Assembly: GCA_964532425.1 (NCBI GenBank)
Contig: CAZHIA010000001.1
Span: forward strand, 44,889-108,888
Reading direction: 5' to 3'
Length of the DNA: 64,000 bases
DNA from: an uncultured Candidatus Saccharibacteria bacterium
GTDB taxonomy: Bacteria > Patescibacteriota > Doudnabacteria > UBA920
Part shown: positions 1 to 9,465 of the stretch, in pieces
Position numbering within the stretch: position 1 is the stretch's first letter
How the letters are laid out: each line of letters starts with the position of its first letter
Translations under genes and position numbers: made by a program
The notes under the pieces: model-generated
Databases searched by the model: none
Told to the model about the DNA's origin: nothing
Seen by the model: the letters and a program-made list of their open reading frames with translations, nothing else

Positions 1-329
1 GCTTTCGCGCCTTCTTTGGCAGCGAATACGAAGTCAAAGACGGCGTGTTCACCGGCGAAGTCACGAACCTCGACACGTTCTATAAGAAAGCTTTCGTCCT
101 GCAGGAGTTCCTGCGAACCCATGGCGTGGATGCGGACCTGGAAGGCTCGACTGCCGTAGGGGACACGGAGAGCGACATCCCCATGCTCGAAGTGGTGGGA
201 CACCCCATAGCATTCAATCCCAATACCAAGCTCGCTGAGTATGCTCAGGAAAAAGGCTGGCGTGTTGTGGTTGAGCGCAAGGATGTCATTTACGAATTGG
301 ATACATTTACGATCCTGCCGCACAACTGA
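1..329 (+). CDS. HAD-superfamily hydrolase (SerB-like), C-terminal fragment; 5' end lies outside the window
   Basis: Frame is open from the window edge. Carries the HAD motif region ...GDTESDIPMLEVVGHPIAFNP. Confidence 0.6.
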   Translation, partial: FRAFFGSEYEVKDGVFTGEVTNLDTFYKKAFVLQEFLRTHGVDADLEGSTAVGDTESDIPMLEVVGHPIAFNPNTKLAEYAQEKGWRVVVERKDVIYELDTFTILPHN

Positions 330-345
330 ACCAGTATGCCACAGA

Positions 346-377
346 GCGCCTGGAATGCATTCCGGGCGCGTTTTTTT
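346..377 (+). terminator. rho-independent terminator
   Basis: GCGCCTGGAATG/CATTCCGGGCGC hairpin followed by TTTTTTT. Confidence 0.7.
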
Positions 378-548
378 ATGGTAACGATGAAAAACTTGCA
401 CCGTCACATACTCCAAACCTGAATTTGGAGGGTACTGGGACTGGCTTCTGGGACAACCGGGCACATCGGAGGAGTGTCCGGTCTTTTTTAATTCCTAGTG
501 GACAGTGATCAGTGACAAGTGGACAGCCTGGCGGGCTGCTGTCGCACG

Positions 549-618
549 CCCCTACGGGAAACAGAGTTGCAGTGTAGGGGCTGCCGACCCTGCCTACCGG
601 CAGGCAGGAGGCGCCCGC
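549..618. repeat. Compound hairpin repeat (family F). Other copies: 10072-10146, and variants at 45366-45418 and 56594-56630.
   Basis: About 90% identical to 10072-10146. GTAGGGG head and a 20-bp CCTGCCTGCCGGCAGGCAGG palindrome. Confidence 0.8.
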
Positions 619-671
619 ACATACATATCCTAATCTCAGAATTACAACAAACAATGTGATACAATTAACCT

Positions 672-2522
672 ATGAAAGAAAAATATCTGGTCCCGCTCCT
701 GGTGGCAGGCTGTCTCGTGGCCGCTGGACTGGCCTACGCGCTCGGAAACAAACTTATCTCGGAAATTATTTTGCAGATCGCCCTGGTGGCGGGCTTGCTG
801 CCTTTGCTGTGGAATACCGTAGTCCTTATTTTTAAAGGAAGGTTTGGTGTTGATGTGATTGCGATCACTGCTATCGCCTCATCGCTGGCTCTGCACCAAT
901 ACTGGGCTGGCGCGGTCATCATATTGATGATGAGCAGTGGCGAAGCGCTGGAGGCGTATGCCTTAAGCCGGGCTAGCAAGGAACTGACGCATTTGCTTTC
1001 AAAGGCGCCGACTATCGCTCATATTAAAACAGGCGAAGAACTTTCCGATGTGCCTGCGGCAGAAGTGCGGCCCGGTAATGTCATAGTAATCAAGCCGGGG
1101 GAGTCGTTGCCGGTTGATGGCGTGGTAATTGAAGGATCGGGTCTGGTGGATGAATCGGCCATGACCGGCGAGAGCGTGCCCGTGTCCAAACAAGTGCATA
1201 GTTATGTCAGCAGCGGCAGCGTCAACTTGGACGGAGTTCTGACGGTTAAGGCTTTAAAGCCTGCCAGTGAGAGCCAATACGAGCGGATCATTGCGCTGGT
1301 CAGGCAAGCTCAGGAAACCCGCGCTCCCATTGTGCGCCTGGCTGACCGCTACAGCATCTGGTTCACCTTCATTACATTTGCGATCGCCATTGCCGCATAT
1401 CTGGTATCGCACGACCCGGTTCGTTTCCTCTCGGTGCTCGTGGTGGCGACGCCGTGCCCGCTCATTTTGGCTACGCCCATAGCGGTCATGTCCGGCATTT
1501 CGTGGACGGCTAGTCGCGGCATTATCGTCAAAAGCGGCGGCAGCCTGGAGCGGCTCGGGGAGGCGCGCAGTTTTGTTTTCGATAAGACCGGGACCTTAAC
1601 GCTTGGCGTTCCCAAAGTGCTTGGCGCAGCCAGCAAGGAATTTGCTCCGGAAGAAATTATCTTTTTTGCCGCTTCGCTGGACCAGCTGTCCGCCCATATA
1701 TTCGCCCGCAGCCTGGTGAGTGCCGCGCGCAAGGAATTAAAGAAAGAATTGGCGTTTCCCGAGGAGTTCAAGGAACATATCGGCGACGGGGTGACGGGGC
1801 TCATTGACGGTTTGGAACATGCGTTCGGCAAGTTGAAATTTTTACAGACACTCGGATACCGCATCGATGAATTTTGGCACAGCCACTATCGCAAGGTACA
1901 GGATGACGGGCACGTGGCCGTGTATTTGGGACGGGAAGGCCGGGTAGTGGGCTGCGTGCTGTTTGCCGACGTGCCGCGGCCGGAAATAAAGAGCGTGTTT
2001 CATTCCATGCAGCACCAGGGCATTCGCCGGGTGGTCATGCTTACGGGTGACCGCCGGGCCGTGGCGGAAAAGATCGCGGCAGCGGTTGGTGTGCCGGAGT
2101 TCCGCGCGGAATGCCTGCCCGAGCAGAAGGTTGAGGAATTAAAAAAGATCCAGCAGGAATGCGGGCCGGTCGCCATGGTCGGCGACGGGGTTAACGACGC
2201 GCCAGCCCTAGCTGTGGCTGACATCGGCATTGCGCTCGGCGCCAGCGGGTCTACGGCGGCATCCGATGCGGGCGATATTGTCATTACGGTGAATAATATG
2301 GAGCGCGTGCCGGAAGCGCTCTACATTGCCCGGCGCGTCTTACACATTGCGCGGCAGGGTATCCTATTCGGTATTGGGGTTTCCATTCTGCTCATGTTGA
2401 TAGCCGCAGGCGGGTACATTCTGCCCGTGGCCGGCGCAATCATTCAGGAAGTTCTGGATGCGGTGGTAATCGTGAATGCGCTTCGGGTAAAATGGGGAAA
2501 GAGAGGGCATCGAAGGAATTGA
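672..2522 (+). CDS. P1B-type heavy-metal translocating P-type ATPase (no N-terminal metal-binding domain)
   Basis: TGES, CPC (ATPCPLILATP), DKTGTLT and GDGVNDAPAL motifs; N-terminal TM helices. Confidence 0.85.
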   Translation: MKEKYLVPLLVAGCLVAAGLAYALGNKLISEIILQIALVAGLLPLLWNTVVLIFKGRFGVDVIAITAIASSLALHQYWAGAVIILMMSSGEALEAYALSRASKELTHLLSKAPTIAHIKTGEELSDVPAAEVRPGNVIVIKPGESLPVDGVVIEGSGLVDESAMTGESVPVSKQVHSYVSSGSVNLDGVLTVKALKPASESQYERIIALVRQAQETRAPIVRLADRYSIWFTFITFAIAIAAYLVSHDPVRFLSVLVVATPCPLILATPIAVMSGISWTASRGIIVKSGGSLERLGEARSFVFDKTGTLTLGVPKVLGAASKEFAPEEIIFFAASLDQLSAHIFARSLVSAARKELKKELAFPEEFKEHIGDGVTGLIDGLEHAFGKLKFLQTLGYRIDEFWHSHYRKVQDDGHVAVYLGREGRVVGCVLFADVPRPEIKSVFHSMQHQGIRRVVMLTGDRRAVAEKIAAAVGVPEFRAECLPEQKVEELKKIQQECGPVAMVGDGVNDAPALAVADIGIALGASGSTAASDAGDIVITVNNMERVPEALYIARRVLHIARQGILFGIGVSILLMLIAAGGYILPVAGAIIQEVLDAVVIVNALRVKWGKRGHRRN

Positions 2523-2530
2523 CTAAACCC

Positions 2531-2612
2531 TGTTGAACATTTGACCTTTGACATGTAACATGTGACCTAACTGCAGTCGGTCAATGGTCAAAGGTTACAT
2601 GTCAAATGTTAT
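2531..2612. promoter_or_regulatory. ~80-bp palindromic element with TTGACC/GGTCAA half-sites ending in TGTCAAATGTT; a homologous element lies at 56327-56402
   Basis: AACATTTGACCTTTGAC...GTCAATGGTCA...ATGTCAAATGTT. The 11-mer TGTCAAATGTT recurs at 56391 and 59241. The element sits about 30 bp upstream of the ABC transporter start. Confidence 0.5.
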
Positions 2613-2640
2613 ATTTAGAATTTACTATTCATTTACCATT

Positions 2641-3390
2641 ATGGACACAAATGCAGTTGAGGTTAATAATCTTCAAAAGGCGTACCGGACGGTCCAGGCG
2701 GTAAAAGGTATTTCTTTTACGGTCGCACCTGGCGAGATCTTCGCCCTCATTGGACCGAATGGCGCGGGAAAATCCACCACGTTGCGCATACTTGCCACGC
2801 TGCTGCAACCGACCGGCGGCAGTGCAAGTGTATACGGTTTGGATGTAGTCAAAGACGGAGCGCGGGTACGCGAGAATATCAGCTATTTGCCGGAAGAGGC
2901 GGGTGCATACAAGAATCTGACCGGGCGCGGTTATTTGGAATTCATGGCAGGCTTGTTTGCCGACGATGCCGCCAAACAACGCGAATTCGTGAAATTTGCC
3001 GAAGACATTTCCGGACTTGGGCAGCGCTTGCAGGATAAGATTAATACCTACAGTAAAGGTATGACCAGGAAACTGCTGCTGGCGCGAACGGTCATGAGCC
3101 GGCCGCGGCTGGCCATCCTGGACGAACCGACCAGCGGGCTCGACATTATCAATGCCATGGAGATTCGGAAGAATATCCAGGCTTTGAGCCGTGAAGGCAT
3201 GGCTGTACTGCTCTCATCGCACAATATGCTCGAGATAGAGTTCCTGGCGCATCGGGTGGCGATAATTTACCAAGGCACTATCCATGAAACAGGGTCGCCG
3301 CAGGATCTGAAGAACAAGTATCATGCTTCTAATCTGGAAGAAGTATTTCTGGCGATCGTTCAAAGCCAGCAAGGAAAGGCGGCTGTATGA
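2641..3390 (+). CDS. ABC transporter ATP-binding protein
   Basis: Walker A GPNGAGKST, signature-like YSKGMTRK, Walker B LAILDEPTSGLD. Start taken at ATG 2641 rather than the track's 2584. Confidence 0.85.
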   Translation: MDTNAVEVNNLQKAYRTVQAVKGISFTVAPGEIFALIGPNGAGKSTTLRILATLLQPTGGSASVYGLDVVKDGARVRENISYLPEEAGAYKNLTGRGYLEFMAGLFADDAAKQREFVKFAEDISGLGQRLQDKINTYSKGMTRKLLLARTVMSRPRLAILDEPTSGLDIINAMEIRKNIQALSREGMAVLLSSHNMLEIEFLAHRVAIIYQGTIHETGSPQDLKNKYHASNLEEVFLAIVQSQQGKAAV

Positions 3391-4661
3391 AGAAATTTTT
3401 TGTACTCGTCAAAAAAGAAGTTAAAGAGTTGTTGACGCCGCAAATGCTTGTGCCGCTGCTGGTCGTCGTACTGGTATTCGTATTTATTGGTAAAGTGGTC
3501 GGAAAACAGACCCAGAAGAATACCGGCGCATCACCGGTAACCGTGGTAGATCTCGACAGGAGCGCCGCCTCAAACCAGTTAATCGCCTCAGCCAGGCAGA
3601 ACGGCCTTGAACCGATTATGCACGATACCGGCGATGCCGCAGAGCTCATGCGGTCAGACCGGACAAAGTCCGCCATCGTCATCCCCGCTGGTTTTGGCGG
3701 ACAGGTAGAGTCCGGCCAGTCTGCCGATGTGAGGGTCTATACGGTAATCTCCAATTTTTCCCTGCTCGGCAGCAAGCCGTCGCAGCAGGTTGTGGCTGCC
3801 TTAAATGCGGCTTCCCTCCAGATGTCAACGCAGTATGCCGGTCGTTTCCCAGGGGCGAATGCGGCGGTATTCCGGTCTCCGCTTAAGCCCGTTGACACGG
3901 TCATTGTCGGCAGCCGCCAGGCGCAGGTCAGTCCTTCGGCAATTGCCGGCCTTATGACCGGTCAAGCCACGTTGATACCCATCATTTTGTTCTTGGTTAT
4001 TACACTCTCTTCCCAGCTCATTGCCGTTTCTATGGCCACGGAAAAAGAGAATAAGACTTTAGAAACGTTGCTGTCTACCCCGGTTAGCCGGCGCGCATTA
4101 GTGGCTGCCAAGCTCATTGGTGCTGGCCTGGTTGCACTATTGACTTCGGTGGTCTATATGTTCGGCATGCGCTACTACTTGCAGGGCATGACCGGAGGCT
4201 CTATGACGACCGGCTCAGCCGATGCGGCAACGCATGCCGCTGCTGCTGCGCTCGGTCTGACTTTTAGCGCCCAGGATTATATATTGCTGGGACTCGTGCT
4301 CTTTTTGGCAATTTTGGTCGCTCTGTCGATCGCCATCATTTTGGGTTCATTCGCTGAGGATGCCAAGAGCGCCCAGGGAGTGGTGGCACCGTTGATGGTC
4401 CTGACGCTCGTTCCGTACTTCCTGACTTTGATGGTAGATATTTCTACGCTACCCGCCGGGTTGCGGGCTGTGGTTCTGGCTATCCCGTTCTCTCACGCTT
4501 TCCTTGCTGCGCCTAATTTAATGCTTCATCATTACGGCCAGCTGCTGTGGGGGATGGCGTATCTGGCTGTACTGTTCGTAGTCTTTGTCCTGCTTGCCAG
4601 CCGGTTGTTCGCTTCGGAAAAGATTTTGACCATGAAACTGTCGTTCAAAAAACGGTCATAA
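3387..4661 (+). CDS. ABC-2 family transporter permease
   Basis: Overlaps the upstream stop (ATGA). N-terminal TM, large extracytoplasmic loop, then a cluster of C-terminal TM helices. Confidence 0.7.
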   Translation: MKKFFVLVKKEVKELLTPQMLVPLLVVVLVFVFIGKVVGKQTQKNTGASPVTVVDLDRSAASNQLIASARQNGLEPIMHDTGDAAELMRSDRTKSAIVIPAGFGGQVESGQSADVRVYTVISNFSLLGSKPSQQVVAALNAASLQMSTQYAGRFPGANAAVFRSPLKPVDTVIVGSRQAQVSPSAIAGLMTGQATLIPIILFLVITLSSQLIAVSMATEKENKTLETLLSTPVSRRALVAAKLIGAGLVALLTSVVYMFGMRYYLQGMTGGSMTTGSADAATHAAAAALGLTFSAQDYILLGLVLFLAILVALSIAIILGSFAEDAKSAQGVVAPLMVLTLVPYFLTLMVDISTLPAGLRAVVLAIPFSHAFLAAPNLMLHHYGQLLWGMAYLAVLFVVFVLLASRLFASEKILTMKLSFKKRS

Positions 4662-4665
4662 AAAT

Positions 4666-4694
4666 AACCCCGCACCATTTGGTGCGGGGTTTTC
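4666..4694. terminator. bidirectional rho-independent terminator
   Basis: CCCCGCACC-attt-GGTGCGGGG flanked by A and T runs; lies between convergent genes. Confidence 0.7.
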
Positions 4695-4711
4695 ATACCA
4701 GGGGACTGACT

Positions 4712-5002
4712 TCAGGATCGGATGGTTTCCAGGCGGATGGCTTCCTCGTTGAGTTCCGTGATGTCCTCTTCGGACAGCGGTAGTGCTTTTGACGCGCGGT
4801 GGATGGCCACGATTTCGCAGATGCATCTTTCCGCACTCTCAGCGTCTGTTTCGATTATACCGCTGATGATCGCGCGGATGGATGACTCGTCCGTGCTCAG
4901 GACTAGGTAGTCCAGGAGCATGTCTTTGAAGAGATTGACTTCCCCGGGGGGAAGGTTGCGATACAGCGCGGTTTCGATTTTTTGCCTGAGATCCTTTGTC
5001 AT
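4712..5002 (-). CDS. hypothetical protein (96 aa)
   Basis: ORF with AGGAGG upstream on the minus strand; no recognisable domain. Confidence 0.45.
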   Translation of the reverse strand: MTKDLRQKIETALYRNLPPGEVNLFKDMLLDYLVLSTDESSIRAIISGIIETDAESAERCICEIVAIHRASKALPLSEEDITELNEEAIRLETIRS

Positions 5003-5611
5003 GAATTGAAAATGCCTCCTTCGGGTCGGTGTCGAAAGTGATAATACCGAAAAAACAGGAATAAGTCAATTCATATAGTAATCTCTAATATACGAATCAA
5101 GCACCAATCCGCCCTCTGGCGGAGGCGGACGAATGCAGCACACCGTCCTTTATTCCTTAGAACGGCCAATAGTTATTCGTATATTTGCGCTGTATTCGTT
5201 ATATTCGAGATTGCTAATAAAAATCCAGGACACCGCTGTGGTGTCCTGGATGGGAGTTCGTGCACGGCTATAGACAGCCGCGGAACGGGTCGAACCCGTA
5301 ACTGAAGAGTGGTGGGAATGGGGCGAATCGGTGGAACAGACGATCGAATTTAAGTTGAGTCCGGAAGGTCCGGTACTTGGTCTTAAACAGCCTGAAGGTC
5401 AGGCGCAGTCCACGTTGCTCGCCTTTCATACCGCGCTGGAACATGCGATCTCCTCCTACAGTTGGGATATATGGCAGTATATAACGGCTTTTTTCCAAAA
5501 GCAAGGGGTAATCAATAGAAAAATAAAAAGATAGAAAATAGAAAGATTGAGATTGCCATAATCTTTTGATCTTTTATTTTTCTATTTTTCTATTGTTTGC
5601 TATACTACAAA

Positions 5612-5733
5612 TACAACCTAAGCGTTATCGCGAGTCCGGCGAGAGCACTGGCTCTATGACCCGGCGGCAACCCTGAGTAGCCCGGCTATTCGATGGGTGC
5701 CCCATCCAGCCCATTAGTAATGGGAAAGATGAT
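5612..5733 (+). ncRNA. SAM-I (S-box) riboswitch
   Basis: TTATCgcGAG...GGCAACC...GGGTGCCCCATCCAGC...AAAGATGA matches the S-box consensus blocks. Lies directly upstream of metK. Confidence 0.75.
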
Positions 5734-5744
5734 TTGATTTTGCG

Positions 5745-5776
5745 CTCAAACCCTTTCCCGCGAAAGGTTTTTTGTT
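5745..5776 (+). terminator. riboswitch expression-platform terminator
   Basis: CCCTTTC-ccgc-GAAAGG followed by TTTTTTG, abutting the metK start. Confidence 0.6.
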
Positions 5777-5777
5777 T

Positions 5778-6812
5778 ATGTACCAGAGTAAGTTCTATAC
5801 GGCCGAGAATGTGGCCCTCGGGCATCCGGATAAGGTCTGTGATCAGATCTCGGACGCTATTTTAGATGAGATTCTCCGGCAGGATTCAAACGGCCGCGTG
5901 GCCATGGAAGCGTTCGGCAGCCACGGGCTTTTGGTTCTTGGTGGCGAGGTTACGGCTGAGGCTGAGGTTGATTATGAAGCTGTAGCCCGCCGGGTTTATA
6001 GCGATATCGGCTACCATGAGCCGCTGGAGGTGTTAGTTCATATTGCTTGCCAGTCGCCGGATATTGCCCGCGGCGTGGATACGGGCGGCGCTGGTGATCA
6101 GGGAATTATGTACGGCTATGCCACGGACGAGACGCCGGAATACTTGCCGACCGGCGTGGTGCTGGCCAGGCAACTGGCGCAAGGACTGGCGGAACTCGGC
6201 CGCAGCCAGCCGGGGATTGGGCCTGACGGTAAGACGCAAGTAACTATGGAGAACGGCATGGTGTGCCGCGTGCTGGTCAGTTGCCAGCACGGCGAAGGTA
6301 TGGAACTGTCCGAGCTGCGGCAGATGCTCGTCGAGCGAGTAATTGTTCCGGTCTGCGGCAGGTTGCAGGACGGGCAGATCCTGGTCAATCCGACGGGCCG
6401 GTTCGTGCAAGGAGGGTTTGCAGCGGATGCGGGCCTGACCGGCCGCAAAATTATGGTTGATACCTATGGCGGGCTGGCGCCCCATGGCGGCGGCGCATTC
6501 TCCGGCAAGGATCCTTCCAAGGTCGACCGCAGTGCCGCGTACCTGGCGCGCTTAGCCGCCAAACATATGGTATCTGCCGGGCTGGCGCACGAGTGCCTGG
6601 TGTCGGTGGCATATGCCATCGGCCAAGAGCAGCCGCTTATGGTTTCCGCGGTTTCGGAGAGCGGGCAGGATCTTTCGGCGGCAGTGAAGCGGCATTTCGA
6701 TTTCAGGCCGCTGGCAATTATTGAACGGTTAGGCTTGCGCCGGCCAATCTATCGACAAACTGCCTGCTTCGGCCATTTTGGCCGGCCGGGTTTGCCGTGG
6801 GAAGAGTTATAA
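5778..6812 (+). CDS. metK: S-adenosylmethionine synthetase
   Basis: GHPDKVCDQISDA and GGGAFSGKDPSKVDRSAAY motifs. Start taken at ATG 5778; the track calls TTG 5772. Confidence 0.9.
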   Translation: MYQSKFYTAENVALGHPDKVCDQISDAILDEILRQDSNGRVAMEAFGSHGLLVLGGEVTAEAEVDYEAVARRVYSDIGYHEPLEVLVHIACQSPDIARGVDTGGAGDQGIMYGYATDETPEYLPTGVVLARQLAQGLAELGRSQPGIGPDGKTQVTMENGMVCRVLVSCQHGEGMELSELRQMLVERVIVPVCGRLQDGQILVNPTGRFVQGGFAADAGLTGRKIMVDTYGGLAPHGGGAFSGKDPSKVDRSAAYLARLAAKHMVSAGLAHECLVSVAYAIGQEQPLMVSAVSESGQDLSAAVKRHFDFRPLAIIERLGLRRPIYRQTACFGHFGRPGLPWEEL

Positions 6813-6842
6813 AAAGAGCCCCGGGTTTACCGGAGCTAAAAG

Positions 6843-7364
6843 TCACAGCCGCGAAGAGTAGGGGCCGGGGTAGAGCTTGGCCCGAAACGTTCTCAGCAGT
6901 TCTATACGCGCGTCGAGCAGCGGCTTGGTGCCTTCAGTGGGATCAAGAAGCTTGGATGTCATGCGATCAATGAGCTGAAGCGCTTGCCGGTACTCGGGGC
7001 AGTTATGGCCAAGGAGTGCCTGCAGCATGAAGTATGAGCGGTCTTTGGCCCAGAGCATGCCCTGGCGCGCGCTTTCCAATTTGTCCCGGCTGTAGAAAAT
7101 AGTTTCCTGGTTGGTACTATCGGCCCAGGCAATCCCCGGTACGGATAGATTTACGGTGACCCGGAAGTTATCGTTCGGATGATGTGCAGGGTTAGTATGG
7201 ATGATACCGACGTGCAGTGAAATACTGAATTTGTAATCCTGGTGATTCACTCGGACCGTTTTTACATGCAAGAGTTCCGGATCCTGGCGGATGCATCCTT
7301 CCCGGACAGAGAATGTGCACGGGACTAGTTGGGCAGGGGCAGGCTGGACTGCGGCTGGCGTCAT
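6843..7364 (-). CDS. hypothetical protein
   Basis: 173-aa ORF convergent with metK; no recognisable domain. Confidence 0.45.
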   Translation of the reverse strand: MTPAAVQPAPAQLVPCTFSVREGCIRQDPELLHVKTVRVNHQDYKFSISLHVGIIHTNPAHHPNDNFRVTVNLSVPGIAWADSTNQETIFYSRDKLESARQGMLWAKDRSYFMLQALLGHNCPEYRQALQLIDRMTSKLLDPTEGTKPLLDARIELLRTFRAKLYPGPYSSRL

Positions 7365-7548
7365 GTTCCTCCTTGGTTTTTTGTCTCGAAAGCTTCTCTC
7401 TACCCGGTGTATGACGAAGCAATTTTGGCGCAGTTAACAGAAGAACTGGCACAAACGGAATACCGTGCTATACTGTAAACATGAATATTATCGCTTATAT
7501 ATGACATTTATAAAACCTTCTGCATCCGATTATGAAGGAGATGTAGGG

Positions 7549-8064
7549 ATGACAGAGACGGAATTTGAACGGCCCGGCACCGAGCTGCTGTATAACTCGA
7601 ACGAGACTTTAAAAACCCGTGAGTCCGGACCCATTCGTTTTTACTTTGTGTTTGATACGCCCGAGCAGAAGCAGGCTGCCCGCGAGTTCTTCAATAATTC
7701 TGACGTGTTCAATTACGCGCCGTTTGCCTATATCAAAAAAGACAGTCTGGCTATGGCCGACCCCATGCAGCCAGAACGCGGGCTTGTGATTGAGTGCTCG
7801 CAGGCGCCGGCCGGGAGGCAGGCACTGCAGGAGCAGTTCGAAAGTTTTTTGCGCGGCAAGGGATGGTCATTTGCAAGCCATCCCGTGCCGCTGGAGCGGC
7901 CGCCCTTGCAGCCTTTGAGTGAACCGATCATACCGGTGGTCGTGCCTGAGACAGAACTGACAGAATCAGCTGGCGTCACTCCGATTGATCAGCCCCGCAA
8001 GCGGCAACAGTCGGAAGAACCTGGCAAGCCAAAAACCCAACAACCCCCAGGAGTAGCCGCGTAA
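7549..8064 (+). CDS. hypothetical protein
   Basis: GAAGGAG RBS 8 nt upstream of ATG 7549; Pro-rich C-terminus. Confidence 0.5.
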   Translation: MTETEFERPGTELLYNSNETLKTRESGPIRFYFVFDTPEQKQAAREFFNNSDVFNYAPFAYIKKDSLAMADPMQPERGLVIECSQAPAGRQALQEQFESFLRGKGWSFASHPVPLERPPLQPLSEPIIPVVVPETELTESAGVTPIDQPRKRQQSEEPGKPKTQQPPGVAA

Positions 8065-8073
8065 CTGCAATTC

Positions 8074-8119
8074 AACCCTGGATTTGTCCTGCTGGACAAA
8101 TCCAGGGTTGTTTGGTATT
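8074..8119 (+). terminator. rho-independent terminator
   Basis: AACCCTGGATTTGTCC/GGACAAATCCAGGGTT perfect 16-bp stem followed by GTTTGGTATT. Confidence 0.6.
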
Positions 8120-8170
8120 CTGGGGTGACTTCGAGGCAGGCGTCAGTGTCTCAAGTGCTAAGGAGGCTGC

Positions 8171-8497
8171 ATGGAAAGAGAGTTAAAACCCGCGCATGAG
8201 GTGATCGTAGAGCTCATAGAGCAGCACTGCGCTAATATTCAGACGTTTGAAAGCGCTGCCGAAAAGCAGCGATCCGACCCTTTGCTTGACCATTTCCAGG
8301 ACATCACCCGGAATCAAAAGATCGGCGGTCTTGATGCCTTGCTGGAGGCGCTGACCAGAATGATCATCCCGCCGGACAAGCTGCCGGCAGTGGTGGAAGC
8401 ACTCAAGCGGCTGACCTACAGCCATTGCATCATCACCGATGCGATAGAAACGCTGGAACAGCGGCAGGCTGCATCGTCAGCGGTGGTGACGGCTTAG
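8171..8497 (+). CDS. hypothetical protein (108 aa)
   Basis: AGGAGG RBS upstream of ATG; no recognisable domain. Confidence 0.5.
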   Translation: MERELKPAHEVIVELIEQHCANIQTFESAAEKQRSDPLLDHFQDITRNQKIGGLDALLEALTRMIIPPDKLPAVVEALKRLTYSHCIITDAIETLEQRQAASSAVVTA

Positions 8498-9465
8498 ACT
8501 GTTACCGCACTCTCAACACAAGAGCTCTGATTGTAGTCCGCCGATTCATCGGCATTGATTCTACAGTAAACACAAGAGCCGCCCCGACTCGGAAGGTCGA
8601 GGGCGGCTTTTTTAGTTGGTTGTTTTTTGGCCTTGCGCGTCACGGCGACAACCTTTTTTGGCTGGTTCGGTTTTGGCTGGCCGATTGCATAAGCATAAGC
8701 CAGAACCACTTCGGGATAGCGGTGTGGGCTGCCGTAGTAGCGGGCCAGGGCTCCGCTTGGGTTCTGCTGCCACTTGAGCGTTTGTAAAAAGTTTGCGGCG
8801 CTAAGGTTTGCATCGTCAGCGGCGTAGAGGTTGGGGGCTCCGGAGCCTTTGGCCGAAACGCCGTAATGTTCGAGCGTGTAGGGGAGGAACTGGACCAGGC
8901 CGAGCGCACCTTCGCGCGAGCCGCGCAGGGAAAAGCAGTCAGTTTGGGCGTCCCGGCAATACGCTGCCAGGGCAGCAAAGTTCATGGCAGCCCACTTCCA
9001 TTGGCGATAGGTGCGGCTGACGGCGCGCTGGTAAAACAGCTTGTAAATTTCCCAGTCGCCGAAATTCTTGCCCAGGTCGGTTTCCACGCGCACTACGGCC
9101 GTGATTGATTCGGGCGGGACGCGGAAGCGCTGGAAGGCTGTGTCGAGAGTCTGGCGATTCTTTTCCAGATATTCCTTTCCGCGGGCTATGGATTCGGGGC
9201 ACTTAAGCCGGCGCAAGAATTCTGTCCAGGAGACGAACTCTTCCTTGGGTTTTACGAGCGGAAGCGTGAGTTCGGGACGGGCGAGTATGTCGCGCCGTTC
9301 GGTATCGCCGAATTTGCGCTTTTTAAGCTCTTGGTCCAGAAAAGCCAGACGCGGATTGGCCGTCGGAGCCTTCTGGACTGTCTTGTGTCCAACCCTCTTT
9401 TGCTTGGCTGTGCCCGATGGCGCAGCAGCCAGCATCAACGCAGTGGTGAACAAGGCTAAAAACAT
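8494..9465 (-). CDS. membrane-bound lytic murein transglycosylase (MltB-like)
   Basis: Signal peptide. LGLVQFLPYTLEHYG matches the MltB GxMQF(M/L)PxT motif. Lys-rich C-terminal tail. Confidence 0.7.
   Translation of the reverse strand: MFLALFTTALMLAAAPSGTAKQKRVGHKTVQKAPTANPRLAFLDQELKKRKFGDTERRDILARPELTLPLVKPKEEFVSWTEFLRRLKCPESIARGKEYLEKNRQTLDTAFQRFRVPPESITAVVRVETDLGKNFGDWEIYKLFYQRAVSRTYRQWKWAAMNFAALAAYCRDAQTDCFSLRGSREGALGLVQFLPYTLEHYGVSAKGSGAPNLYAADDANLSAANFLQTLKWQQNPSGALARYYGSPHRYPEVVLAYAYAIGQPKPNQPKKVVAVTRKAKKQPTKKAALDLPSRGGSCVYCRINADESADYNQSSCVESAVTV
8578..8614 (+). terminator. rho-independent terminator
   Basis: GCCGCCCCGAC...GTCGAGGGCGGC followed by TTTTTT; overlaps the 3' end of the convergent minus-strand gene. 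Confidence 0.65.

Noticed and set aside
734-2284. Minus-strand ORFs inside the P-type ATPase gene (734..979, 999..1199, 1349..1864, 2000..2284)
   Set aside because: These are antisense shadow ORFs typical of high-GC coding DNA. The + strand gene has full P1B-ATPase motifs.
5331-5534. 67-aa + strand ORF upstream of the SAM riboswitch
   Set aside because: It has no RBS and no recognisable domain, and it sits in a repeat-rich leader region. It cannot be supported as a gene from sequence alone.
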